Assembly: GCF_964213995.1 (NCBI RefSeq)
Contig: NW_027590142.1
Location: forward strand, 1-64,000
DNA from: Mustelus asterias
Taxonomy: Eukaryota
Length of the DNA stretch: 64,000 bases
Reading direction: 5' to 3'
Part shown: piece after piece, positions 36,295 to 48,964 of the stretch
How positions within the stretch are numbered: the first letter of the stretch is position 1
Layout of the letters: each line of letters begins with the position of its first letter
Position numbers and translations under genes: made by a program
The notes under the pieces: model-generated
Databases searched by the model: none
The model's input: only the letters and a program-made list of their open reading frames with translations
Told to the model about the DNA's origin: nothing

Positions 36295-37314
36295 GTGGGT
36301 CTGGTCTGAGGGACAGAAACATCTCTCCCGGAGCTGATCTGAATATCCAGCCCTGAGTTTGTGGGAATTTACAACTGATCAGAAACTGGTTTAACCTGTA
36401 AACTGATTTGATGACGGATCTGCCGGTCTGATCGGAATCTGCAGTTAATTTTCTCGGTCATGACTGGAAAACAAATGGGTGAATGTTTAGTCCGAGGTTA
36501 ATGTGGTTTCCGCTGGGTGTGTGTTTTTTGATGCGGCTGAGAACAGCACTGCTCACAGTGGCTGTATCTATCCAGATTCTATTCTTTGTCTAACATCAAG
36601 TGTAATTTACTAACCCTGCACTTGATAGAAATCAATAAGGTTACATCGAGGATTCTTTTGAATCAATGTTTGAAAAATGCCATCTGGGCCTTTTGCTAAG
36701 ATGAAGCTCAGGTCAAGCGCTGGAAGGAATATAATACCTGCTCCAATCAGCTAGGATGTTGTTAATCAAGTCCAAGACTGGAGGAATGGGCCCTGTGTTG
36801 TCGGCTTCGATCTGCAACGTCTCTCTTGCAGCGACTTTTGAGTGGACCAATTCGGTTTTTGATTGGATATAACTAAAACAAAAAGCCGGCATCTCGGTCT
36901 TTGGACTCGGATCAAGCATCAAATGGAGCCCAGGATCAGGTGCGATGCTCTTTCATGTCAGCTTGGATCTTTTGCGAGGACCATGAATCAGATTCAATTT
37001 GAATTGGTTTTGGGGGCAATTAGGAGATGGATTCTGGCTTGGCCAGTCCGCTCTGCGCATTGGCTTTGCAACGTTAAGCAATTACTATTTTACAATGCGA
37101 CAGACAGGAGCTCCCGAAGACAATGCGAAGTGCGGGGTTGGATTGGTTACCATCATAAATTCCGTCAGTGAGTCCTTATTCTGATCAACTGTTCAGAGTC
37201 CAATTTCTCCAGCTGGAGATGGAGAGAGGTTTGGCTGCCTGATCGGTGCTGTTGCTGTTGTTTGTTTCACGATTGGCTGCAAACATGAGTAAGACTTCCT
37301 GCGAGCGCAGTTCA

Positions 37315-39030
37315 ATATCATCCACATTGGATTTGGTACTGGGAAATGAACCGGACCAAGTGTTAGATTTGGTTGTGGGAGAGCACTTTGGAGGTAGCGA
37401 CCACAATTTGGTGTCTTTCTTTATTGCAATGGAGAGGGATAGGGCTGTACGGCAGGGCAAGGTTTATAATTGGGGGAGGGGTAATTATGATGGGATTAGG
37501 CAAGAATTAGGGAGCATAAGGCGGGAACAGAAACTGTCAGGGAAAGGCACAAATGAAAAATGGAGCTTGTTCAAGGAACAAATACTGCATGTCCTTGATA
37601 GGTATGTCCCTGTCAGGCAGGGAGGAAATGGCCGAGTGAGGGAACCATGGTTCACAAAAGAGGTTGAATGTCTTGTCAAGAGGAAGAAGGAAGCGTATGT
37701 AAGGATGAGAAAGCAAGGTTCAGTTGGGTCCATTGAGGGTTACAAGTTAGCAAGGAATGAGCTGAAAAAAGGGCTCAGGAGAGCTAGGAGGGAGCATGAG
37801 AAGTCCTTGTGGGTCGGATCAAGGAAAACCCCAAGGCTTTTTACTCTTATGTGAGGAATAAAAGAATGACCAGGGTGAGGTTAGGGCCGGTCAAGGACAG
37901 TAGTGGGAACTTGTGCATGGAGTCAGAAGAGATAGGAGAGGCGATGAATGAATACTTTTCTTCAGTGTTCACCAAGGAGAAGGGCCATGTTTTTGAGGAT
38001 GAGAGTGTGAGACAGGCTGATAGGCTGGAGGAGGCAGATGTTCTGAGGGAAGATGTATTAGCAATTTTGAAAAACCTGAAGGTCGATAAATCCCCTGGGC
38101 CAGATGAGATATTTCCTAGGATTCTTTGGGAGGCAAGGGATGAGATTGCAGAGCCTTTGGCTTTGATCTTTGGGTCCTCACTGTCCACGGGGATAGTGCC
38201 AGAGGACTGGAGAGTGGCGAATGTTCAAGAAAGGAAATAGGAATGACCCTGGTAATTATAGACCAGTTTGTCTTACTTCGGTGGTTGGTAAGTTAATGGA
38301 AAAGGTCCTGAGGGATAGGATTTACGACCATTTAGAAAGATGCAGCTTAATCCGGGATAGTCAACACGGATTCGTGAAGGGTAAGTCTTGCCTCACAAAT
38401 TTGATTGAATTTTTTGAGGAGGTAACTAAGTGTGTCAATGAAGGTGGAGCAGTTGATGTCATATACATGGATTTTAGTAAGGCGTTTGATAAGGTCCCCC
38501 ATGGTCAGCTCATGAAGAAAGTAAGGAGGTGTGGGATAGAGGGAAATTTGGCACTGGAAAGAGTGCAAAGGAAATTTACCAGGATGCTGCCTGGTTTGGA
38601 GGGTAGGTCTTATGAGGAAAGGTTGAGGGAGCTAGGACTTTTCTCTTTAGAGTGGAGGAGATTGAGAGGCGACTTCATGGAGCTTTATAAGATGATGAGG
38701 GGGAGAGATAGAGTGGATGTTCAGAGACTATTTCCTCGGGTGGATGTAGCTGTTACTAAGAGGCATAACTATAAGGTTCATGGTGGGAGATATAGGAGGG
38801 ATGTATGAGGTAGGTTCTTTACTCAGAGAGTGGTTGGGGTGTGGAATGGACTGCCTGCTGTGATAGTGGAGTCAGACACTTTAGGAACATTTAAGTGGTT
38901 ATTGGATAGGCACATGGAGCACACCAGGATGATAGGGAGTGGGATAGCTTGATTTTGGTTTCGGAAAAGGTTTGGCACAACATCGTGGGCTGAAGGGCCT
39001 GTTCTGTGCTGTACTGTTCTATGTTCTATC
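37315..39030 (+). mobile_element. CR1 LINE, 5'-truncated with internal RT deletion
   Basis: LDLVL...SDHN, KSPGPD, DFSKAFDKVPH; same family as 56556-59680. Confidence 0.9.
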
Positions 39031-39159
39031 TCATGTACAGATAGTTGCCCCCATCATGATGCTTTCCAAAACTCCTTACCTACCATCCTTGGGCTTTCTT
39101 TGTACTGAGATTCCCTTCGTTTGAAAAGGGGTGGATTAAAAGTTCTCAAAATTAGTTTT

Positions 39160-39441
39160 TTTTAAAGTTTATTTATTTGTCACAAGTAAGGCTTGCATTA
39201 ACACTGCAATGAAGCTACTGTGAAATTCCCCCAGTTGCCACACTCCGGTGCCTGTTCAGGTCAATGCACCCTAACCAGCACGTCTTTCAGACTGAGAGAG
39301 GAAACCAGAGCAGCCGAAGGAAACCCAAGCAGACACGGGGAGAATATGCAAACTCCACACAGACAGAGACCCAAGCCGGGAATCGAACCCGGGTCCCTGG
39401 CGCTGTGACGCAGCAGTGCTAAAAACTGTGCCACCATGCCG
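39160..39441 (-). mobile_element. HE1-head SINE variant
   Basis: Matches 16530-16814. Confidence 0.75.
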
Positions 39442-40829
39442 TCACTGTCACTGTGCCACCATGGATGTCAGCGCCCTTTCTTTGTTTTAATCTAATGACC
39501 ACATGGTCTGGGAATCATTTCTATTTCATAATTTCTCCTTTTCAACACTTTCCTTCAGTATCCAATTCCAGAATTTTCCTTTTCATTGTGTTAATTGCGT
39601 CAGGAATAAATCTTTGGATCCGACAGGAAGTTTAACTCAAGATCAATCCAACACAGGATTGGTCAGAATCATTTCACATGTCCCAAATTTTAAATAACCA
39701 TTACAAATTAAAATTCTCATTCTCACGTGTGAATTGTATCTGGATTGAAATTCCTGCATGTTTAGTAAACTATCCTGGAATCCTGTCTCTGGCCAGTAAA
39801 TATGGTTCCAGGTTCATAACTTATGAAAAAAAGCTTTATTAATCACACTTACTTTTTTAAAATCTGTTTGATTTAAATCACAGACAGAAAGCCTCAAAGC
39901 TTGAAGCATTGAATCCATAAATATCATCCATACACAAGCAGAGAAACTTAGCATGTGCTTTACAACAACAATAACCAGAATGAATTTCTTAAGCGTTCTT
40001 GTGGTTCTGCTTTTAAACTTCCAGAAATGCCTTTAATTAAAGACTCAAGATAAGGTTAATTTCCCAGAAAGATAAACCTTAACAAATGTAGCCCAAAACA
40101 ATGATAAAACGCATCTACAAACATCCATAAAACAAATGAAACATGCAGGTTCTCACAGCTTGTAAATTTCAAGCAATGAATCGTCAGCATTCTCTCTCTC
40201 TCAGCTATAGCTTCTTAAAGCGACAGAGCACTACAAGCTCACAACTCCTTGAATAAGATACAAGATCCTTCATTCTAACCGTTTTTAGCCAACTTCCAAG
40301 ACCTGATTCATAGGCAAAATCGCAAACAAGTTACCACCGGAAAAATCTTTGTTCTTTACCTGGGGTTGAGGTGACAACACGATAAAATTCTCAGTTATTC
40401 CAAATTCCTCCAGGCTATGCGTAAATTTCCACATTTAACTGGATCCCATAAATCCTCAATTATAAACTAAAATAGACAGATTAGTTTCTGGGTGATTTAA
40501 AAACAAATCAAATGTCTGCTGAAAGGGTTAACTTTTCTACAGAACCTAAAGGGGTTGGGAGTGAGCGGGAAAAACTTGGCACACAATTACGTCACTTTAT
40601 ACAAGTTTAAAAAACTTCTCTATCAACCAAACAAACTTGATTTTAAACTTCATCGATTAATTTTTTATTATTTTCCTCAACCTAATTATTTTCATTTGAT
40701 CAGTTTTTGTTAGGGATGGGTAACTTCTGTTCTTTATAAACTGGTTCACTCATTTTGTTAATTCTACATGGGCTCGGGAATCAGAACCCAGACTTTATCA
40801 TCCTGACCATTTTAGTCCTTTTGCCACCA

Positions 40830-41435
40830 GAGGGGAACAATGGGTGGGGGCGGGGCTCCCGGGTCCGATCGCCCGCCAGGGCCTGCGCACTGGAACCCGG
40901 AGACGTCACCGCGGAGCAGAGTGATTCCGATTGGTTGATTCAGGCAGGCCTCCATTGTGATGTCACAATGCGGAAGTTGGCCAATGAGCTTCAGAGTGAA
41001 ACTTCCTCCTCTGGACAACATCTGGGAGGAAATCAATGTTTCCCCCTTTCCATTTCTTTTCTCATTCTGGGGGAAATTGGGGACTTGCAGCAACTGAAGG
41101 GAAAGGAAGTGAATTCAGTCTGTATATTCCACACATTTAACTCCAGTAATGTAGACATTTATCTGTCTGGCAGCCTGCAGGGAAATTTTCAGCTCTCTGT
41201 GTCCAGGGCAGGAAGCAGTGAGCATGGATCTGTCAAACAGCCTCAATCAGCACCTTCAGGAGAATTGGGAGGGTGAATATTAGATACAGCAGAGTGAGAA
41301 TGGAGGGAGAGTGTGTGGGAGGGAGATTCACAGCTTTGGGGAATGAGAGAGGAAAGAATGTTCCATAGAAATTAGAATAGTCTGTTCTCAATTTCTCTCC
41401 TGTGCTGACAGTGATGACTTTTGTAAATTCCTTGA
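40830..41435 (+). repeat. Orphan ZF-gene 5' module (promoter part, element A, mini-exon, intron) with no ZF exon
   Basis: Colinear with 49220-49830 but breaks off just before the acceptor AG. Confidence 0.75.
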
Positions 41436-42063
41436 TTTCTTTAAAACAAAAATTAAACATTCCCATTTGATTTCAGGGATTAACATATTCTGTTAGTTTG
41501 TTCTTTATTGTCAATGTCAGGCTGGGGTTGTTCCTCTTGGAGCAAAGGAGATTGAGGGGAGATTTGATAGAGGTGGACAAGATTCTGACAGGTTTAGATA
41601 AGGTGGACAAAGAAAAGCTGTTCCCATTAGCTGACGGGACAAGGACGAGGGGGGTCACAGATTTATGGTTTTGGGTCAGAGAGGAAGGGGGGACGTGAGG
41701 AAGAATATTTTGATGCAGCGAATGGTTATGACCTGGAACTCGCTGCCTACAAGGGTGAAGGACAATAAACAATTACAAAGGAAATTGGTTGGACATTTGG
41801 GGCGTTTCAAACAGAAATGCTGACTAAATATCTCTGAACTTCCTAACACTGTCACTCTGTGATCCTTGAGAAATCTGAAACCAGGTATTCGCAACAAGAC
41901 TCAAAGAGCATCAGCCCACTGGAGGCAAAGTCGTGAGACCGACCAGTCCAGTAGAAAGAAACCCTCCGACCCTCCCCAATGACCAACTGTGAGAATGAAC
42001 AAAATGCAGTCCTGGATGGAATTGAGAGCAGAAACAATAACAGCAGAATCCAAACCCCTGGAA

Positions 42064-43410
42064 TCACTCATGAACCTTTTGGTGTCTCAGCAGGTGGGAT
42101 GAAACTCTGAATCCCTTCCCACACTGAGAGCAGGTGAATGGCCTCTCCCCAGTGTGAATGCGCTGGTGTGTCCGCAGGTCAGATAATTGACTGAACCCCT
42201 TCCCACACTGAGAGCAGGTGAATGGTTTCTCCCCAGTGTGAACTCGCTGGTGTCTCCGCAGGGTGGATAAATCAGTGAATCCCTTGCCACACTGAGAGCA
42301 GGTGAACGGTCTCTCCCCAGTGTGAATTCGCTGGTGCGTCTGGAGGTTAGATAATTGACTGAACCCCTTCCCACACTGAGAGCAGGTGAAAGGCCACTCC
42401 CCAGTGTGAACTCGCTGGTGTCTCCGCAGGGTGGATAAATCAGTGAATCCCTTCCCACACTGAGAGCAGGTGAATGGTCTCTCCCCAGTGTGAATTCGCT
42501 GGTGCGTCTGCAGGTTAGATAATTGACTGAATCCCTTCCCACACTGAGAGCAGGTGAATGGCCACTCCCCAGTGTGAACTCGCTGATGTGCCTGCAGGCT
42601 GGATAACTGACAGAATCCCTTCTCACACTGAGAGCAGGTGAATGGCCTTTCCCCAGTGTGAACTCGCTGGTGTGTCTGCAGGTTAGATAATTGACTGAAT
42701 CCCTTCCCACACTGAGAGCAGGTGAATGGCCTCTCCCCAGTGTGAACTCGCTGGTGTCTCCGCAGGGTGAATAAATCAGTGAATCCCTTCTCACACTGAG
42801 AGCAGGTGAACGGTCTCTCCCCAGTGTGAACACGCAGGTGCGTCTGCAGCTTAGATAATTGACTGAATCCCTTCTCACACTGAGAGCAGGTGAACGGCCT
42901 CTCCCCAGTGTGAACTCGCTGGTGTCTCCGCAGGGTGGATAAATCAGTGAATCCTTTCTCACACTGAGAGCAGGTGAATGGTCTCTCCCCAGTGTGAACT
43001 CGCTCGTGTCTCTGCAGGTTAGCTAATTGACTGAACCCCTTCTCACACTCAGAGCAGGTGAACGGCCTCTCCCCAGTGTGAACTCGCTGGTGATTCCGCA
43101 GGCTGGATAAATCAGTGAATCCCTTCTCACACTGAGAGCAGGTGAATGGTCTCTCCCCAGTATGAACTCGCTGGTGTGCCTGCAGGCTGGATAACTGAGT
43201 GAATCCCTCCCCACACTGAGAGCAGGTGAATGGTCTCTCCCCAGTATGAACTCGCTGGTGTGCCTGCAGGTGAGATAACCGAGTGAATCCCTCCCCACAC
43301 TGAGAGCAAGTAAATGGTCTCTCCCCAGTGTGGCTGCGCTGATGAGCTTCCAGCTCATGTGGGTATCTGTATCCCTTCCCACAGTCTGCACATTTCCATG
43401 GTTTCTCCAT
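42064..43410 (-). CDS. C2H2 zinc-finger protein, 16 fingers, 448 aa
   Basis: ATG at 43410 (MEKPWKC) to stop at 42064; uninterrupted 84-bp repeats; acceptor at ~43735. Confidence 0.9.
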   Translation of the reverse strand: MEKPWKCADCGKGYRYPHELEAHQRSHTGERPFTCSQCGEGFTRLSHLQAHQRVHTGERPFTCSQCGEGFTQLSSLQAHQRVHTGERPFTCSQCEKGFTDLSSLRNHQRVHTGERPFTCSECEKGFSQLANLQRHERVHTGERPFTCSQCEKGFTDLSTLRRHQRVHTGERPFTCSQCEKGFSQLSKLQTHLRVHTGERPFTCSQCEKGFTDLFTLRRHQRVHTGERPFTCSQCGKGFSQLSNLQTHQRVHTGERPFTCSQCEKGFCQLSSLQAHQRVHTGEWPFTCSQCGKGFSQLSNLQTHQRIHTGERPFTCSQCGKGFTDLSTLRRHQRVHTGEWPFTCSQCGKGFSQLSNLQTHQRIHTGERPFTCSQCGKGFTDLSTLRRHQRVHTGEKPFTCSQCGKGFSQLSDLRTHQRIHTGERPFTCSQCGKGFRVSSHLLRHQKVHE

Positions 43411-44444
43411 GGTGCAGGTGTCCTTGCCTCTCTCTTCAGTTGAAGACTCGTCCACACACAGAACAGTCCCCCCACCCCCGCTGTGAATGGTGTGATATTT
43501 ATTCAGGCTGTGTAACTGGTTCAAGCTCAGTGCACTGGAACACTCTCACTCCTGTGTGGCAATGTGTTGGCGCTTTTACAGTCACATTAATGTTTGAAAT
43601 CTTTTCAAGTCATCAGGCCGGACAACCATTTCTCCTCGATTCAAAGGCCAATGATATTCAGGTCCCAAGGAATGTGACTGTCAGATCTAGATGTGACGTT
43701 TGAGATTTCAGCCTGTGATTCCTCTTTCAATATCCTGTAAAACAAGTTTAGAGAAGTCATCAGTGTCAGTGCAGGATAGAAATTCAGAACACACAATTCT
43801 AGTTTCTATGGAACATTCTTTCCTCTCTCCAGACTCGAAACATTGGCTCTTTTCTCTCTCCATCTGGTGGATAGCGTGGGAAATGATGCTGTGGTAGATC
43901 AGCCAATTCTCAATGAATGGTTGAGGCAATTCGATGGGCTGAATGGCCAACTGCAGCTCCTGTTTCTTATGATTTGTGTGTGGTGGACAGGAAGCAGTGA
44001 GCATGGATCCGTCAATCAGCCTCAATCAGCACCTTCAGGAGAATTGGGAGGGTGGATATTAGATACAGCAGAGTGAGAATGGAGGGAGAGTGTGTGGAAT
44101 GGAGATTTACAGCTTTTGGGGAATGAGAGAGGAAAGAATGTTCATTAGAATCATAGAGTTCTTACACCTTATCAACCGTCCCTGAGCTTTCACAATGAAT
44201 CTCTCTTCTCAGGACACTCTTATCTCTGACTTGTCTGTGCTGCTCGCAGTCTCACAAAGCAGCTGCCTGTGTGTTGATACAAGGGGCCCTGCGAGGCAAG
44301 TTTAATGCTCCATGACTGTGTCTTTAATGACTGAATAACTATAGGAATATGGTCAAGTCAGCTAAATCACATGATGCTTTATATTTCGGTTAGTAACGGT
44401 CCATTTTGTTAACATAGCACATTTGGATATATAAATACATATAA

Positions 44445-44625
44445 AAGCAAAATATTGCGGATGCTGGAATCTTAAACCAAAACAGAAAATGCTGGAAAAT
44501 GTCAGCAGGTCTGACAGCATCTGTGGAGAGAGAATAGAGCCAACATTTAAAGTCTGGATGACCCTTCATCAGAGTTCTGACAAAGGGTCATCCAGACTCG
44601 AAACGTTGGTCTATTCTCTCTCTAT
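44445..44625. mobile_element. Penelope-type inverted terminal repeat with two back-to-back hammerhead motifs
   Basis: ~50-bp arms centred at 44574; CTGA(C/T)(A/G)A-A-GGGTC-ATCCA-GACTC-GAAACGTT. Confidence 0.7.
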
Positions 44626-45479
44626 AAATATATATAGGACAGCTGCCTCAGCCTTGGCCCACTCTAACACATGCACGAAGCAGGGCTGACTATGTGGAAA
44701 TGCTCAGATTATAGTTTCCTGCCTTCTCTGTAACAGCGAGTGAAAATGTTTTTCGGCTTGCAGACCTTCAAAGGAGTCAGTGTCTGCTATTTCAGCACGA
44801 ACAGGCTAATCTTCACCTACGTAGGCCCCATAACATTCTGCTTTTCGGCCTTCACCAGAGGGTGAGCAAGACCAGATTTCTCCATAACAAATACCAAAGG
44901 CGAGATATGGGGATATGCTATGCAAATAAAAGATGAGCAGAAGTCAATTTTGAATGTGAAAGAGTGAAAAGCTAGGATTTAATTGGCGAATATGTCCGTC
45001 AATGAAGGATTAGAAACATTCCTGGTTTCTGATTTGCTGTAATTGACTATTATTGCCAAGTTATTTTTCTGTAACATCAGAACCACTTGCGGGACAGCTG
45101 CACAGGGTTTCTCATTGTGCACAAGTTATTAAAGGCCCCACATTGGATTGTGCGTGGTGTCCAGTGCTGTTTGTACTCAAGTCGACTAAGAATGCCTAAA
45201 GTTGCTGTGACCCAGGATCTTTGACAACTCTCCCTAACCAGACCTTGACTATCCAAAGGTTGGTCAGAATCCTCTCCAGTAACTTACCCGCCACTGTTGT
45301 CAGGCTCACCGGCCTGTAATTACCAGGCTTCTCTTTGCAACCCTTCTTAAACAATGGAACAACATTAGCCAATCTCTCGTCTTCCAGAACTTTGTCAGTG
45401 GAAAGGGATGAAGCAAATACCTCTGCAAGACCCTCTGCAATTTCTTCCCCAAACTCCCACAAGATCCAAGGATGTACTT

Positions 45480-47705
45480 GATTTGATTTATTGTTGTCAC
45501 ACGTATTAGTATACAGTGAAAAGAATTGTTTCTTGTGGCTATACTGACAAAGCATACAGTTCATAGAGAAGGAAAGGAGAGAGTGCAGAATGTAGTGTTA
45601 CAGTCATAGCTAAGGTGGACAGAAAGATCAACTTAGAGCGAGGTAGGTCCATTCAAAAGTCTGATGGCAACAGGGAAGAAGCTGTTCTTGAGTTGGTTGG
45701 TACGTGAGCTCAGACTTTTGTATCGTTCCCTCAAAGGAAAAAGGTGGAAGAGAGAATCTCCGGGGTGCGAGGGTTGATTATGCTGGCTGCTTTTCCGAGG
45801 CAGCCGGATGTGTACACAGAGTCAATGGATGGGAGGCAGGTTTGGGTGATGGACTGGGCTTCATTCACAATCCTTTGAGAAACACTTTGTTGAGAAAAGC
45901 ATGGATATTAAGGAACTCGAGGAAATAAATCGTGATGACTTGAGGAGTGCACATATAACAGAGGTGGTGCTGAACGTTTTAAAGCGCATCAAGGTAGATA
46001 AATCCCCGGGAACTGATGAAGTGTATCCCAGGACATCGTGGAAGGCTAGGGAGGAAATTATGGGTCCCCTAGCAGAGATATTTGAATCATCAATAGTCAC
46101 AGGTGAGGTGCCTGAAGATTGGAGGGTGGCAAATGTTGTGCCTTTGTTTAAAAAGGGCTGCAGGTAAAAGTCTGGGAACGAGAGGCCGGTGAGCCTCACA
46201 TCTGTAGGGGGTAAGTTGTTAGAAGGTATTTTGAGAGTCAGGATCTGCAGGAATTTAGAGATGCAAGGACTGATTAGGGGCAGTCAGCAAGGCTTTGAGA
46301 GTGGAAAATCATGTCTCACAAATTTGATTGAGTTTTTTGAAGAGGTAACTAAGAAGGTAAATGAGGGCAGTGCAGTTGATGTTGTCTACATGGATTTTAG
46401 CAAGGCCTTTGACAAGGTACCATATGGTAGGTTGTTGCATAAGGTTAAATCTCACGGGATCCAGGGTAAGGTAGCCAAATGGATACAAAATTGGCTTGGT
46501 GACAGAAGACAGAGGATAGTTGTGGAGGGTTGTTTTTCAAACTGGAGGTCTGTTATTTGTCATTTATATTAATGATTTGGATGAGAATTTAGGAATGATT
46601 TGGATGAGAATTTAGTAGGCATGGTTAGTAAGTTTATAGATGACACCAAGATTGGTAGCATAGTGATCAGTGAGGAAGGTTATTGAGGATTGCGATGGGA
46701 TCCTGATCAATTGGGCCAGTGGGCTGACGAATGGCAGATGGAGTTTAATTTAGACAAATGCGAAGTGATGCATTTTGGTAGATTGAACCAGGGCAGGACT
46801 TACTCAGTTAATGGTTGGGCATTGGGGAGAGATACAGAACAAAGAGATCTAGAGGTACAGGTTCATAGCTCCTTGAAAGTGGAGTCACAGGTGGACAGAG
46901 TGGTGAAGAAGGCATTCGGCATGCTTGGTTTCATTGGTCAGAACAGTGAATACAGGAGTTGGGACGTCTTGTTGAAGTTGTAAAAGACATTGGTAATGCC
47001 ACACTTGGAATACTGTGTACAGTTCTGGTCACCCTATTATAGAAAGGATATTATTAAACTAGAAAGAGTGCAGAAAAGATTTACTAGGATGCTACCATGA
47101 CTTGATGGTTTGAGTTATAAGGAGAGGCTGGATAGACTGGGAATTTTTTCCTCTGGAGTGTAGGAGGCTTAGGAGTGAACTTATAGAGGTCTGTAAAATA
47201 ATGAGGGGCATAGATCTGCTGGTCAATATCTTTTCCCAAAGGTAGGGGAGTTTAAAACTAAAGGGCATATGTTTAAGGTGAGAGGGAAGAGATATAAAAG
47301 GGTCCAGAGGGGCAATTTCTTTCACACAGAGTGTTGTGAGTGTCTGGAATAAGCTGCCAGAGGTAGTAGTAGAGGCGGGTACAATTTTGTCTTTTAAAAA
47401 GCATTTAGACAGTTACATGGGTAAGATGGGTATAGAGGGATATGCGCCAAACACGGGCAATTGGGACTAGCTTCGGGGTTAAAAAAAGGGGCAGCATGGA
47501 CAAGCTGGGCCAAAGGGCTTGCTTCCATGCTGTAAACCTGTATGACTCTATGACTTTGTAGTTTCCTATGGTCTTGGGCAGAGCTGGAGCTATACCAAGC
47601 TGTGATACAACCAGAAAGAATGCTCTTGATGGCGCATCTGTAAAAGTTGGTGAGAGTCGTAGAAGAAATGCCAAATTTCCTTCGTCTCCTGAGAAATAGA
47701 GGCAT
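45480..47705 (-). mobile_element. Rex1/Babar LINE 3' fragment (45480-45877, 47555-47705) split by a CR1
   Basis: LTNFYRCAIKSILSGCITAWY...RKLQ; AATAAATCAAATCAA tail; CTTTG on both sides of the insert. Confidence 0.75.
45878..47552 (+). mobile_element. CR1 LINE, 5'-truncated, decayed RT
   Basis: KSPGTD, SCLTNLIEFFE, DFSKAFDKVP, WQMEFN; CTATGA tail. Confidence 0.9.
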
Positions 47706-48605
47706 TGATCAGGCCCAGAAGATTTATCCACCTTAACGCACTTCAGGGCTGCAATACCTCCTCCCTAGTAATATGCGTGTGGCCCGAGACATCACCACTT
47801 GTTTCCCTTATTGCTTTAGCACCCATCATGTTTCCCTCAGTAAACACCAAGGAGAAATATCCATTAAAAATCTCACCCATCTCCTGTGGCTCCATGCTCA
47901 GATGGCCATGCTGATTTTTAAGGGGACCTATTCTCTCTCTCTCGAGCCACCGTTTTACTCTCAGTATAGTTACAGAACCTCTTGGGATTTTCTTCAACCT
48001 TACCTGCCAGATCCATATCATACCCTCTTTTTGCCCTTCTGATTTCTTCTCAAGTGTTCCCTTACACGTTTTATAGTCATAGAGGTTTACAGCATGGAAA
48101 CAGGCCCTTCGGCCCAACTTCTCCATGCCACCCTTTTTTTAATGACTCAGCAAATCCCAATTGCCTGCGTGTCACCCATATCCCTCGATAGTCATCTTAC
48201 TCATGTCACTGTCTAAATGCTTTTTAAAAGACAAGTGTACCAGTCTCTACTATTACCTGTGGCAGCTTGTTCCAGACATTGAGGGATTTACTTGTCCCCG
48301 ATTGCCTAAACCCAATGTATGCTTCCTTCTTTTACTTGGCCAGAGCCTCAATATCCCTTGTCAGCCAGGGATCCCTATATTTATCATTCTTTCCCTTCAC
48401 TCTAACAGGAATATACTACTCTTGGACTCTTTATCACACTTTTAAAAGCCTCACATTTGCCAGTCATTCCTTTCCCTTCAAACAAACTCACCGAATCGAA
48501 ATCTGCTGGATCCTACCTAATGCCGACAAAATTGGCCCTCCTCCAGTTTAGGGTTTGAACCTGTGGACACGCCTTATCTTTTTCCAGAACTATTTAAAAA
48601 CTAAT
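47706..48605 (-). mobile_element. CR1 fragment with nested CR1 tail (48075-48280)
   Basis: Homologous to 24265-24920. Confidence 0.75.
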
Positions 48606-48964
48606 GGTGTTTTGCTCAGAGTCTGCAGCCTCCCTGGATTCACTTCCTTTTCTTTCCCTTCAGTTGCTGCAAGTCCCCAATTTCCCCCAGAATGAGAAAA
48701 GAAATGGAAAGGGGGGACAAAAGAAAGTGTTTTACTCACAGGATAAAAGCAAATTACTGCGGATGCTGGAATCTGAAACCAAAAGAGAAAATGCTGGAAA
48801 ATCTCAAAGCTTGGACTCGAAAGGTCAGGTCTTTTCTCTCCTTACTGATGCTGCCAGACCTGCTGAGATTTTCCAGCACTTTCTCGTTTGGTATTTTACT
48901 CACAGATGTTGGAGAGGGGAGGAAGTTTCAGTCTGTCTGAAGCTCAATCTTCATTCACACAAAG

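Noticed and set aside
36520-36560. Possible J-segment RSS (GTTTTTTG...CACTGCT / CACAGTG)
   Set aside because: Spacer is not 12 or 23 and no FGxG motif or donor follows
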